NCBI RefSeq assembly: GCF_003334785.1
Contig: NZ_QOWV01000022.1
Length of the DNA: 54,561 bases
Reading direction: 5' to 3' (one strand)
From: Escherichia coli
GTDB taxonomy: Bacteria; Pseudomonadota; Gammaproteobacteria; Enterobacterales; Enterobacteriaceae
Shown here: piece after piece, positions 22,910 through 32,846 of the stretch
Layout of the letters: the number at the start of each line of letters is the position of its first letter
How positions within the stretch are numbered: the stretch's first letter is position 1
Notes under the pieces: model-generated
Database searches by the model: none
What the model was told of the DNA's origin: nothing
Seen by the model: only the letters and a program-made list of their open reading frames with translations
Translations under genes and position numbers: made by a program

Positions 22910-23081
22910 CCCGTTATGAACAGGAAGAAAGCGGACGGCTTTGTAATCTACTGCATGTGGCGTGCATCACAGCATGGAGATGATGTCTCTTTTTCCTGGC
23001 TGTTCGCATAAACAAGTGCAGACACGGGGGATCTCAGATCCCTCGTGGTTTTTGCCCCCTATGGAGCATTCTCCTGTAGCA

Positions 23082-23125
23082 GGGTGATAACGGTTAATCC
23101 ATTACCCCAACGACAGTATTACACC
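23082..23125 (+). repeat. Copy 1 of a roughly 45-bp direct repeat (core ATTACCCCAACGRCAGTWTTACACC)
   Basis: Core matches 33888..33912 at 23 of 25 positions, and GGGTGATA lies at identical spacing upstream in both copies. Confidence 0.7.
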
Positions 23126-23210
23126 GGTAATAAATGTTTATGAATACAGTCAGTTATGTGGGTTTTGAGGTGGGCTATATCATCGTTGACGATAACTGAA
23201 GGTTTTACAG

Positions 23211-23438
23211 ATGTATAAAACTCGCGGTGAAAGGATAGCAGAAAGGCTGTGCTGGATATTACTTCAACTGTATACCGGTAATACGGTATCGGTTAATGAT
23301 ATATGTCAGCGTTTCGCGGTCAGTCGCCGAACCGGACAGCGTGATTTGTTGAGAGTTGAAACTGTAACGGAAACTATTTCACCTGGAAGGGTAAGGCTGG
23401 CAAGTTTGATAAGGGAACGAGTTAGACGAAATTTTTAA
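23211..23438 (+). CDS. Small HTH protein resembling the N-terminal DNA-binding domain of WYL-type regulators (possibly a truncated remnant)
   Basis: 75 aa; ERIAERLCWILLQLYTGNTVSVNDICQRFAVSRRTGQRDL parallels the N-terminus of the WYL regulator at 24400..25302; no WYL domain follows. Confidence 0.4.
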   Translation: MYKTRGERIAERLCWILLQLYTGNTVSVNDICQRFAVSRRTGQRDLLRVETVTETISPGRVRLASLIRERVRRNF

Positions 23439-23519
23439 TCGAATCCATATCAATTCTATAAAATATGAAACTTAACGGGAGTAAATATATACTCCCGTTA
23501 TAATGCAACCTTTTTTTAA

Positions 23520-24338
23520 CTACTCAAATGATATTAATTTAGGTACGACAGTGTTTTTATGATGTGTTGAATTTGCAAGATTAATAATATCATGAAATGA
23601 TTTCATGTCGTCGTCAGTGATTTCTACGGCTGGATCAGCTAAATCGGCACAGGTAACATTTAACCAGTGTGTTAATGAATCAATCCTGTTTGAAGTAATA
23701 TATTCAGTGTGACCAACATTCCACTTCCAGTTGATTATCCGAGCAGGTCTGAATCTCACCTCCCGAACCCCAATTGGTGTTACTGACTCAACGAGAGGGT
23801 ATATCGTGTTAAGTACTTTATCATGTTCACTGTAGATATTTAAATGCCCCATTTTTGAACCGTAAGCCATTTTCATTATGTTCTCTGTATAACTTGTTAT
23901 TGGGGTGGCTCCGGCCATAGAGATTGTTAAGAGAATATTATCATTTTTAATATAGGGTAATGTATTGTTTATTAATCGAGTCCCTAAAGAATGACCCATT
24001 ATGATCACATTACGCTTTTCTTTAACGTATATCTCGTTTATTACGTGTGCTAATTTTTCTCTGTTATTAACTGCTGCTTTCGTTGCATTATACCAGGCCT
24101 GACGCGCTTTAAATGGGATGGAGATTGATGACAATAAAGGAGATGTTCTCAGGGGGAAGAGAGTATATAACCCCCACTTGTTCGCTATGTCAGAACTTAA
24201 TATGGATAGTAGATTTGCCGATTCCCATTTATAGTATCTGACATCAAGGCCACACCCTGCTTTAATTCGGTTAAACCATGATATATCATTTTCGGTCAGA
24301 AACCCTGATACAACAAGAAGAACCGGGCATTTTTTCAT
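23520..24338 (-). CDS. Alpha/beta-hydrolase-like protein with GHSLG nucleophile-elbow motif (lipase/esterase-like)
   Basis: 272 aa, AT-rich; VIIMGHSLGTR fits the GxSxG serine-hydrolase motif; immediately downstream of and co-oriented with the WYL regulator. Confidence 0.55.
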   Translation of the reverse strand: MKKCPVLLVVSGFLTENDISWFNRIKAGCGLDVRYYKWESANLLSILSSDIANKWGLYTLFPLRTSPLLSSISIPFKARQAWYNATKAAVNNREKLAHVINEIYVKEKRNVIIMGHSLGTRLINNTLPYIKNDNILLTISMAGATPITSYTENIMKMAYGSKMGHLNIYSEHDKVLNTIYPLVESVTPIGVREVRFRPARIINWKWNVGHTEYITSNRIDSLTHWLNVTCADLADPAVEITDDDMKSFHDIINLANSTHHKNTVVPKLISFE

Positions 24339-24399
24339 GGTAACTCCATTTTTTAGCTTACAAAAATAGCACTTAATGAAAATTATATTATCCGTGTCA

Positions 24400-25302
24400 T
24401 TACGGGGCGTTACTTGGCTGGGTGTAACGTTTCAGTGCGGATTGTATATCTTCAGCAAGTTGTTGACGGATTGAGGCCGGTTGTATTACTTCGACATCCG
24501 GTATCCAGTATTTCATTAAAGGCATTATCTGATCTGTGTGTGTTACACGTGATATCACCAGTAAATCGCCAGACCGGGAAGTATGAATTATTTCCTGTCC
24601 TGGCAATAGATGACGGTGGGTAAACCACGGAGCAACATGTGCGGAAACTGAAATAAGAACTTCGATAAGGTCTTCGCTATACCAGATACCATCTGTCTTT
24701 TCTATTTTTTCATTAATTTCGGGGATTATCCTGAAAGAGATATTACTCATGCAAACGTCTTTGACAGATGAGATAACAAAGCTTTTTAATGTACTGTCAT
24801 GGGCGGCAGCGAGATACCACAATCCGTTGTCATTAACCAGTCTGTATGGCTCAACAGCCCGAAACTCTTTATCTTTGTAATTAAAATTTACTTTCTTCTG
24901 TGACAGGATGGCATAGGATAATACATTCAGAATTGACATGAATGATCCGCAGTTTTCGTATGGACGTTGTTTTATCAGAAACGGGTTGTTTTTCGTGTTA
25001 CCTAACAAAATACTCAGTAGTCTGTCATCCCAGCGAGGGAACAGCCCTTCAATGCCCAGGATGCGCGTGAAATGACGTAAATCAGCATTGCTGCGTTGAC
25101 CGAGAACACCGTCAGACAGGCGATAGCGACCATTTTGTCGAATCAGATTAAGATAGGACAGGCGCTGAGTAAGATCACGACGGATAGTTTTTTCGCAAAC
25201 GTTAAATTCCTCAGATAACTCCCGGACGGCTAGTGACTCACCATTGTTCAGGCGAGTTAATATCAATCCGAGTCGATATCCAAGTTTATCGTGCTTACCC
25301 AT
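24400..25302 (-). CDS. WYL-domain transcriptional regulator (HTH + WYL)
   Basis: 300 aa; N-terminal HTH ([21 protein letters not shown]) and a central literal WYL motif ([12 protein letters not shown]). Confidence 0.75.
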   Translation of the reverse strand: MGKHDKLGYRLGLILTRLNNGESLAVRELSEEFNVCEKTIRRDLTQRLSYLNLIRQNGRYRLSDGVLGQRSNADLRHFTRILGIEGLFPRWDDRLLSILLGNTKNNPFLIKQRPYENCGSFMSILNVLSYAILSQKKVNFNYKDKEFRAVEPYRLVNDNGLWYLAAAHDSTLKSFVISSVKDVCMSNISFRIIPEINEKIEKTDGIWYSEDLIEVLISVSAHVAPWFTHRHLLPGQEIIHTSRSGDLLVISRVTHTDQIMPLMKYWIPDVEVIQPASIRQQLAEDIQSALKRYTQPSNAP

Positions 25303-25681
25303 TCGTTTATCCGGTTAATGCCAGCGAAGAGGATATTTTCAGCAAAGTAACGGACAGGATGAGTCCACTTTTACTGTGACGGAGAAAAAAATTAACTCAT
25401 TAATTATCAATATATTAAAGCATTGCTGGAATCATCGAATAACATGTGGACTCATCCTGTCCATGTGTATTTTTACGTTCAGGGTGATAATTATTATCCT
25501 GACCTGTACATGACCTGTTTTTGCTGCATATTTGACCATGCACTTTTGCCATCAAGTCGGAGAGGCAGGGGGGAACGTAAGATCCGAAGGTTAGAGAGGT
25601 TATCAGCAATTACAATGATGATTAATATTTTCATAATATCGGAGAACATCATATTAGTTGAAATAACATAAAGGTGGTTCT

Positions 25682-26008
25682 ATGTATTTACATATCAGAA
25701 AGTATCAACTCGTAAATGCGAGATGGCGTGATGTCATTGATCTGACAGATTATGAAGAAACAATCAGTCAGGTTGTCGGTACATTATTTGGAAATGATTT
25801 TATTGAGGTCAGCGTTGAAACAAATTGTTTTATTCTGACAGTAAACAGTACAAGCAGTAAAATACCACACGGCATACTGGTGAATATGGGGAAAAGGCTG
25901 GCTGCTAATCTCCAGAGTATCACCTGTCATGCCATGCGGATCTATCATGTAAATGGCCATCCTGACGCGCGGCAGTTATTTCACTGTTTTGATGCCGATT
26001 GCCTGTGA
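25682..26008 (+). CDS. Hypothetical protein (108 aa)
   Basis: ORF with a strong AAGGTGG ribosome-binding site 5 nt upstream. Confidence 0.45.
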   Translation: MYLHIRKYQLVNARWRDVIDLTDYEETISQVVGTLFGNDFIEVSVETNCFILTVNSTSSKIPHGILVNMGKRLAANLQSITCHAMRIYHVNGHPDARQLFHCFDADCL

Positions 26009-26056
26009 TTAAGCCCCCAACTTCTGTTAAAGGAGTTGGGGGAGATTTAACGGTTA

Positions 26057-28657
26057 TCAGACTGGAAGACAGAATGTCGGATATTTACGGGCTATGATAT
26101 CCATCAGTGACTTCATTCGCGGTGTTACAGAACTAAATTTCATTTGGGGTATTTTTGCTCTTACCGCATTTTTTACATCAGTCACCGTTACTGAATAGCC
26201 TTCTGACGTCAGCCATTCAGCAACCTCTTTACAGGAATAACTTTTTTTATCTTTCAGCATAAGCCCCCATTGGCACTGAGTCAGCGCCCGGAGAAATAGT
26301 CTGACTAAAATATCATCACTACGTTTGCTTCCGACTTTTAGTTTCATATCAGAAAATACCGTCCGGCAATAGAGAAAATCACACCAGTCATCCCAGTCAG
26401 CCAGGGTCTTCAGTGTATGCGTTTGCCGCCAGTCGTCGAAAAGAGAGCGTTGCTGCAGAGCCTCTTCCATATTATCCCATGGGCGGGAAGACATCAGTAA
26501 ATGCCCTTCATTCATGGCGGGCTGTACGGGCTGGCGTTTGAAATCGAATTCCAGATTAAGACGGATATCCTGTTCCCGGGATACCAGATCGCTTTCCGAC
26601 AGCCACATCTCACGCGTTGATATCAACGTACTTCGGGATAACGTCTGACCGGGTAAACGATTAAGGTAAAGATCTACCATATAGTCGTTATAGTCACTGC
26701 GTGGAATATCGGCAGGAGGTTTGACGCCAGCCCTGGCATGAACAACAGGTTTTCCCTGAATAGCTCTATAGGTTAACTGCCCCCGGGTTTTCATGGCGAT
26801 AAGCTGGCTGACCTCATGCTTACATGTCAACATTGATGAACCCGGATCAACAATATCGCACAGCGACTGGAAGCGGGAAGACAGTGGACCGCTCATGTTT
26901 ATCTTGTTAAGTGGGCAATTTGTCAAAAAGCCATCGGTTGTGACGCTGACAACCGATGAATCAGAAGGCAAAGCATTCATGAGTTCCCCGGCAACGGCGC
27001 GGATAAATCCCGTCACATGCGCAGCAAAGAATGGCTGAGTAACCGATGATGGTGGGAGGGATCTGTTTAATCCACGGGCAGTATCAAAGGCGGTTTTGGC
27101 GCGAAGGCCCTGAGCAAGTTTGCCATAAAGCGAGTTGCCAATTTCTTTCCAGAATTTCTCCTCCAGAGAACCTTTAATATGGCGATTACGGTTCTCACGG
27201 ACCTGTTGAACAAAGGGAAGAAACACCGATGTTGATTCGCTGTTATGTGGGGAGGTGTCACAGATCCAGGGGACGATGATCCCATTATGGATCGTCATCT
27301 CTGCCCCGAGCGACAGAGCAAGTTCGATTTCAGGTGCCGTTGCCCATGATTCGCCACTTAATGGAAAGAATAACCCATATTGATCGGTCCGAACCGGCAG
27401 GCTGGGATAGGGAACTGATTCCGGGAACCGAAATGTGACAAGCGCAAATCCCATCACATGCCCACAGTAATCGTCCGGATTTTTACTGAGGCGGATGTTT
27501 CCGTAATCGGGTATGAGGATATCTAATAGCCCGGTGGTATACGCTCCAGCCAGATCGTAGTCATACCAGTGATCAGACGGTGTAACCCCCATCATAAAAC
27601 ACTCATTGCGTCCGCCGTGGTAACAGTTGATCGGGAACGTTTCAAACAGCTCTCTTGAAGGAACACTGGCGGGGTTTTTAATCGTCCGGAATGCCTGTTT
27701 CTCCGTGAGCCAGAGTTCACGGGTTTTAATGTGTGTCCCAAGGCAGACTTCGGGAGACATATTGTTTTCTTTAAGTGTTTTGGTGAACCGTGAAACTGCC
27801 ATCGCCCCGATGGTGGCGGGGACACGATCAATCATCAGCTCCCGGGCGCAAAAATTGCGAACCTGTAAAGCATAACGAACCGCAATCTCGGCATCCCGCA
27901 GAGCATAGGCTTCAAACCCTGCTCTGTCCCCCAGAAGATATTCACGCATATTGGTTATGGAATAAGGTGCAGGAATGGTGAGTTTGGGAAGACCCAGTAA
28001 TTCACCACATTCAGCCAGACCCATACCCCCGGGAGTGATAAGCAGTGTATCGATGAAAGCTACGTTACTGCAACGCGGAGGGGAAGTTCGTTTGTCAAAC
28101 ATTATCTGTTCAGTCTTTACGCGACGTTCCTGCTGTTCATCAAAATCGATACCGTAACGATTTTTGAAGCTGCTGACAGTACCGCGTATTCCTTTCAGAA
28201 GAATTTTGTAGTCTGACCAGAAATTGGCAAAGGAGGCGATATCCGCACGAATGAAATGCGCATATATATTAATAATACCGGGCCATTTTGTAATCACACC
28301 CGTTTCAAGAAGCGGTGTAATCGTTTGACAGAGAAAGTCCTTAAAAGACAGCCGGGATTTTTTCTGTGAGTCAGGTGGATAGATAATGTTCGATATACCT
28401 GTATTATCGGGTAAGACAACATAACTCTGATATGACAGAATATCATTCTGTCGTGTTTCAGGGTTGAAAACATATTCGGTATCAAAACCGATATGGAGCG
28501 TCAGGTCGTTTGAAATCACAGACACGTTTTTTGATGCAGGTGGCATCACAGGATAATCATCAAGCGTTTTAGGTCTTTTACGATTGAGCGCTGGCTCTGA
28601 AGTCACGGACTGATACCCCGAGGCGGCAGCGAGGATATCCTGCAAATTATGGCTCAT
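26057..28657 (-). CDS. Family B DNA polymerase, primer-independent type (piPolB-like), with 3'-5' exonuclease domain
   Basis: Start at MSHNLQD (GGAG upstream). Exo I-like FDTEYV, candidate motif A region YDYDLAGAYTTG, motif B KEIGNSLYGK (Kx3NSxYG) and motif-C-like VTTDGF. Assignment from motif recognition, not a search. Confidence 0.7.
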   Translation of the reverse strand: MSHNLQDILAAASGYQSVTSEPALNRKRPKTLDDYPVMPPASKNVSVISNDLTLHIGFDTEYVFNPETRQNDILSYQSYVVLPDNTGISNIIYPPDSQKKSRLSFKDFLCQTITPLLETGVITKWPGIINIYAHFIRADIASFANFWSDYKILLKGIRGTVSSFKNRYGIDFDEQQERRVKTEQIMFDKRTSPPRCSNVAFIDTLLITPGGMGLAECGELLGLPKLTIPAPYSITNMREYLLGDRAGFEAYALRDAEIAVRYALQVRNFCARELMIDRVPATIGAMAVSRFTKTLKENNMSPEVCLGTHIKTRELWLTEKQAFRTIKNPASVPSRELFETFPINCYHGGRNECFMMGVTPSDHWYDYDLAGAYTTGLLDILIPDYGNIRLSKNPDDYCGHVMGFALVTFRFPESVPYPSLPVRTDQYGLFFPLSGESWATAPEIELALSLGAEMTIHNGIIVPWICDTSPHNSESTSVFLPFVQQVRENRNRHIKGSLEEKFWKEIGNSLYGKLAQGLRAKTAFDTARGLNRSLPPSSVTQPFFAAHVTGFIRAVAGELMNALPSDSSVVSVTTDGFLTNCPLNKINMSGPLSSRFQSLCDIVDPGSSMLTCKHEVSQLIAMKTRGQLTYRAIQGKPVVHARAGVKPPADIPRSDYNDYMVDLYLNRLPGQTLSRSTLISTREMWLSESDLVSREQDIRLNLEFDFKRQPVQPAMNEGHLLMSSRPWDNMEEALQQRSLFDDWRQTHTLKTLADWDDWCDFLYCRTVFSDMKLKVGSKRSDDILVRLFLRALTQCQWGLMLKDKKSYSCKEVAEWLTSEGYSVTVTDVKNAVRAKIPQMKFSSVTPRMKSLMDIIARKYPTFCLPV

Positions 28658-28703
28658 AGTTAACTCCGAAAAAATGCCGGGAGCTGTGTCCCGGCATAAA
28701 GAA

Positions 28704-29342
28704 TCAAGATTTAATAACATTTACTACAGATTTGAAAATATCGGTTTTGCGTGATTCATCATCTGCATGGATAAATGAAACGAGGTTCCTGCCTGCTTTA
28801 ATCAGGATGCCACGTTGCGTCTTTTCCACAGATGGGGTGACGCGTGCAGATAACAGACAATTTTCATGTAACTGAAGAAACTTTTTTGAGGCGTAGCCGC
28901 CATGCAGTCGGGCTTTAATTTCATTATACATATCATCAAGAGAACCGGGTTCTCCTGATTCACTCAATACCGGATAGCCCTTCTTATCAAAAAGGCTGAG
29001 GATAGATTTACCATCATGTTCGAACAAGGTAACACCGTAAATGTATTTCATTCGAAAGGTGAGGGCGTCGGTGGTGTAGATCTCCTCCTGACAACTGAAA
29101 TTTTTGAGACGCCTGGCTAATTCATTAAAAACAGCACGAGCAGTAGCCGTGTCCTGCAGGGTGTAGGTATAAAGTACGAAGCCATCTGTGCCGATGAGCT
29201 TTACTAAGTTGTCCATAATCGTGATAGCGAGAACTAATGCAAAGGACAGATATTTTTCATCGTTGTCTACAGCTGTGCTTGCTGATTCGGGAATAATGTT
29301 CAGTGCATTATTAGCGTTATTTTCCGTGTTCTTAGTAACCAT
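28704..29342 (-). CDS. Hypothetical protein (212 aa) in an operon with the excisionase-like gene and the polymerase
   Basis: ORF between the Xis-like gene and the polymerase, same strand, short gaps. Confidence 0.5.
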   Translation of the reverse strand: MVTKNTENNANNALNIIPESASTAVDNDEKYLSFALVLAITIMDNLVKLIGTDGFVLYTYTLQDTATARAVFNELARRLKNFSCQEEIYTTDALTFRMKYIYGVTLFEHDGKSILSLFDKKGYPVLSESGEPGSLDDMYNEIKARLHGGYASKKFLQLHENCLLSARVTPSVEKTQRGILIKAGRNLVSFIHADDESRKTDIFKSVVNVIKS

Positions 29343-29532
29343 TTATATCACCTTTAAGTTTGTTTTGACGATGTGCATTTTCCCACTCAACAATATCGTC
29401 AAGAGAGAATCGTATAGCCCGCCCAATTCTGATGAAGGGCGGGAGTTTTCCGGGGTTGCGCGATATATCTGACGCAACCGTGGATGCAGAAAGATTAAAT
29501 CTTTCTGCGAACTGCTTAATGGTTAAATACAT
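29332..29532 (-). CDS. Excisionase / AlpA-like HTH DNA-binding protein
   Basis: 66 aa; LTIKQFAERFNLSASTV..IRIGRAIRFSLDDIVEWE is typical of the Xis/AlpA/MerR-like HTH family. Confidence 0.6.
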   Translation of the reverse strand: MYLTIKQFAERFNLSASTVASDISRNPGKLPPFIRIGRAIRFSLDDIVEWENAHRQNKLKGDINGY

Positions 29533-29674
29533 AAACCTCCGGTTTCAGAGAATAAGAAGCCACGCGGATTTAATATCAATCCACATTCTGTGATGACTTA
29601 ATGCAGGGCCCTGCAGAAGCATGCAATGACAATACCGTCCTTAAACGAGTGTTGCATCAATCACGAATCACAGA

Positions 29675-30811
29675 TCATAGGTTCATTTTTGTGTCATAAC
29701 TTTCTATGACCTGAGAAACCACTGCGTGTGATGTCGCTGCATTGTGAAAAGCGTAGCGACGGGTCGCCGTGAGTGAATGGTGATTTAGCAGATGGGAAGC
29801 GATTGCAATATCCCCGGTCGCCTGTAGTATCCGGGTGGCAAAGGTACGGCGCAGGTCATGCATCCGCAGGTTATCAATGTTGGCATCCCGACAAATACGG
29901 GCAAAGGTTGCACGCGGATATGCCAGAGGGCGGGCATTGTCGGTTAGTTGTGGAAAAATGTAAGTTTTGCTGAGCATCAGGTCCTGCTGGCACTGGACAA
30001 CTGCAATGGCTGGAGGTGCAAGTGGGCAGGTGAAAGGGTGTCCGGACTTTGTATCAGGCAGTATGAGTTGATGCATATCCGGGTGCCAGTACTCCCATTT
30101 CAGGGTACATACCTCACCAATACGCATCCCCGTATAAAGAGCAAGCAATATAGAATCAGCTGCCGGTGTTTGCAGCGCTGTTGCCGCGTCAATAAAGCGC
30201 GGGATTTCTGTCGCTGACAGCGTGCGATAGCGAATGTTATTTTCTTTCAGATAGCGGACATGTGACATCGGGGAATGTGTGATCCATCCAGCACGTACTG
30301 CCAGAGAGCATATTTTGGACAATATTGCGAGGATTCGGTTTACTGTTGACGGACGTAATTTTTCCCGTAAGCCAGCAGCATATTGTTCCAGTTCTCCTGC
30401 CGTGATGTCGCGAAGTTGCCGCTTGCCCCAGAACGGGCGAACGTAGAGGTTGAGTTTTGACAACTCTGACTGAGGACTCTTTTTATACAACTGCAAATCC
30501 GGTAGCCACAGGTCATTGATGGCCTGTTCCACAGTGAATCGACGGGACTGAACCGCAAGACGATTTTTATCAGCAAGCAGTTTCATCACATGCTGACGGG
30601 CATCCTCAACGCAGAGCTGAGGGAACTGACCCAGGGTTTCATATATACGCTGATTGTTTATAGTGGCACGAAAGGCCAGCGTGATCCGATTGGGATACAC
30701 CAGAGCACGCAGGTTTTGGCAGTGAATATCACGGTATTCCTGACAACCCGTGAGGGGATGTGGAAGTTGGTGAATTGATTTGTTGCTGAAACGCAGATCC
30801 AGAATAGGCAT
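29675..30811 (-). CDS. Tyrosine recombinase (XerC/phage-integrase family), second recombinase of the element
   Basis: 378 aa; catalytic-domain motifs RIGEVCTLKW, HDLRRTFATR, and a Tyr in TRRYAFH. Confidence 0.8.
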   Translation of the reverse strand: MPILDLRFSNKSIHQLPHPLTGCQEYRDIHCQNLRALVYPNRITLAFRATINNQRIYETLGQFPQLCVEDARQHVMKLLADKNRLAVQSRRFTVEQAINDLWLPDLQLYKKSPQSELSKLNLYVRPFWGKRQLRDITAGELEQYAAGLREKLRPSTVNRILAILSKICSLAVRAGWITHSPMSHVRYLKENNIRYRTLSATEIPRFIDAATALQTPAADSILLALYTGMRIGEVCTLKWEYWHPDMHQLILPDTKSGHPFTCPLAPPAIAVVQCQQDLMLSKTYIFPQLTDNARPLAYPRATFARICRDANIDNLRMHDLRRTFATRILQATGDIAIASHLLNHHSLTATRRYAFHNAATSHAVVSQVIESYDTKMNL

Positions 30812-30954
30812 CGTATTTCTCCTGTAAATGACACTGGAAAAATACGATGTGAGGTTATAGTCTGCCAGTTACAGCTTTCACAGTTCATCAGGTGAAAAAA
30901 CGCAGACTCGGATATAATGGCAACACAATTCCATGTCGCCATTATATTAAGAAA

Positions 30955-32085
30955 CTACAGTTTCATGATCTTGTTCGCTATTTTTTCGAAGTAAACCTCA
31001 TTCTTAAGAAGAGTGATATTGTTTGTTTGAACACCCAGACCACTGGAGGTTGACTGGAAGTTGAGTGAACCACTTATCACTGTGGACTTTCCTGATAAAA
31101 AGGAAATCAACTCCTTGGAAGATGGTGCCCACTCAGGGTTTAAGAGTAATGCAATATAGATATATGTCTTACGAAGCAATTGTTCGATATCTTTTTTATG
31201 CCCTGTAGTGTTTTGCTTACCTTTAATGCAAATAGATTTGATTATGAACTCATCAGGGCTGGTTAAAGGCGTTTTAAACTCACTCAGTGATTCATCGTTA
31301 CGAATGACTTCATAAGGCAGCATAGATAAAATGATCAATGCAATCATTTTAGGATGATAAAGGTAGTTATCACGAATGATTTTTCCTGCCTTCATTGTAT
31401 TGAGCGTTGTTTGAATAAATACAAAGTGATATTCAGAGCAAAAGTAACAAAACACAAGCCAGGATAGGTCAATGGCTGGAATGTTAATATCCTTAGGTAG
31501 TTTGTTTAGCCAGTATTCAGACTTCAAAAAGGTCCTGATTTCAACAGTATATTCATGCATTTTTGCGCTGAAATCAAGCATTGCTACTTGACCTGATTGT
31601 TCCGTAACTGTGTGGTCTATAAATGTTAGTGTATTGCACATTTTATCCAGCGTGTTTTGAAAACAAGAAAGGAGTTCGGCATTATTATTACCATTAACCG
31701 CAGATGAAAGTTCAGTTTTAATAAATGCATCCAGTAGCATACAGATTTCTTTCGGAATTACATTTTTACGGGATTGCTGTGAATAGAAATGTACTGCCAG
31801 TAAATTAAAGGCAGTGCACTCCTTTTTTAACCATTGTTCGAGCACTGGGACGTGCTGAAAAAAATTGATATGCTTAGCAGTAGATGCTGATGGAGATAGT
31901 ACATGAAGAATATCTACAGCAGGCTTCATTTGCAATATTTGATCGGATTCGGTAGTCGTCATTAGTTCCAGTAATTGCTGTTCAGAAAATAGTTTAGACA
32001 GGTGATCAATGTCTTTTTGGTATTGATTAAGTTTTGTTAAATTCCCCGGTATACGGGTTACATTGTTTTTCATTTTCTCGAACAT
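30955..32085 (-). CDS. Hypothetical protein (376 aa), AT-rich ORFan
   Basis: Long uninterrupted ORF in roughly 30-35% GC DNA; no motif recognised. Confidence 0.5.
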   Translation of the reverse strand: MFEKMKNNVTRIPGNLTKLNQYQKDIDHLSKLFSEQQLLELMTTTESDQILQMKPAVDILHVLSPSASTAKHINFFQHVPVLEQWLKKECTAFNLLAVHFYSQQSRKNVIPKEICMLLDAFIKTELSSAVNGNNNAELLSCFQNTLDKMCNTLTFIDHTVTEQSGQVAMLDFSAKMHEYTVEIRTFLKSEYWLNKLPKDINIPAIDLSWLVFCYFCSEYHFVFIQTTLNTMKAGKIIRDNYLYHPKMIALIILSMLPYEVIRNDESLSEFKTPLTSPDEFIIKSICIKGKQNTTGHKKDIEQLLRKTYIYIALLLNPEWAPSSKELISFLSGKSTVISGSLNFQSTSSGLGVQTNNITLLKNEVYFEKIANKIMKL

Positions 32086-32846
32086 AATTTTATCCTCGTT
32101 TAAATTATTACACTGATTTAAAAAGTAGCATGTCGTGTTAGCGAGGTAATCCTAAAACGTGAATGGCAGCAGGGGCAAGCTTGAATCTGCGTAAGGATAT
32201 GGCTTAAATTTAATGGTGTAATCAGTGAGTTAGAGGCTTATAGCCATTTAAATACAATAAGTTATGATGATATGTGGCGGGTGTAAATCGGTTAGTTTTT
32301 ATGTTTAAAATATGAGCGTTGTGAGATTTGAGATATGATGGTTTTTAAATTACATACAAGTTACCCCTGATGATCAGTATTAATACCAGAATGATACATG
32401 CGAGCAGCACCCAATCCTGTACTATTGATGATGACTATACAAGGCTGAAACTTTTAGTCGTATGTTGCCAGGAGGATTAATGTCCACAAGGCCCAGATAG
32501 AATGATTTCTCAGATATTAAAGTTGAAACTTATTAACTATGTGAGAGGCTGATATTTATTCAGTCTCTCATTTGTTTTTATCGTTTTAAAGTTAAAAGGA
32601 AATAAATAATGCCTTCCGCCGATGAATCAATGTGCTGATTTCCCTCAAATCAGCCTCAATACTACCAACATCACCAAAGACTTCACCTCTAATCTCACTT
32701 CGATTTTTCATGAAATTGGTGCTTAATAAGCTTTCTTTTTTTAATGCCATTAATTTTGGTTTTATATCGTTATAGAAATGCTTACGGCTTACCCTGATGC
32801 TATGAATCGAGTAGTAAACTGTTTTATACATCAAAAATATAAGTAA

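Noticed and set aside
32086-32846. AT-rich 760-bp spacer with an 80-aa ORF (32592..32834) between the two unknown genes; considered as a CRISPR array, retron or small-RNA locus
   Set aside because: I found no regularly spaced direct repeats or obvious structured RNA by eye; the short ORF has no ribosome-binding site. Left as unassigned non-coding DNA, though a small RNA cannot be excluded without computation.
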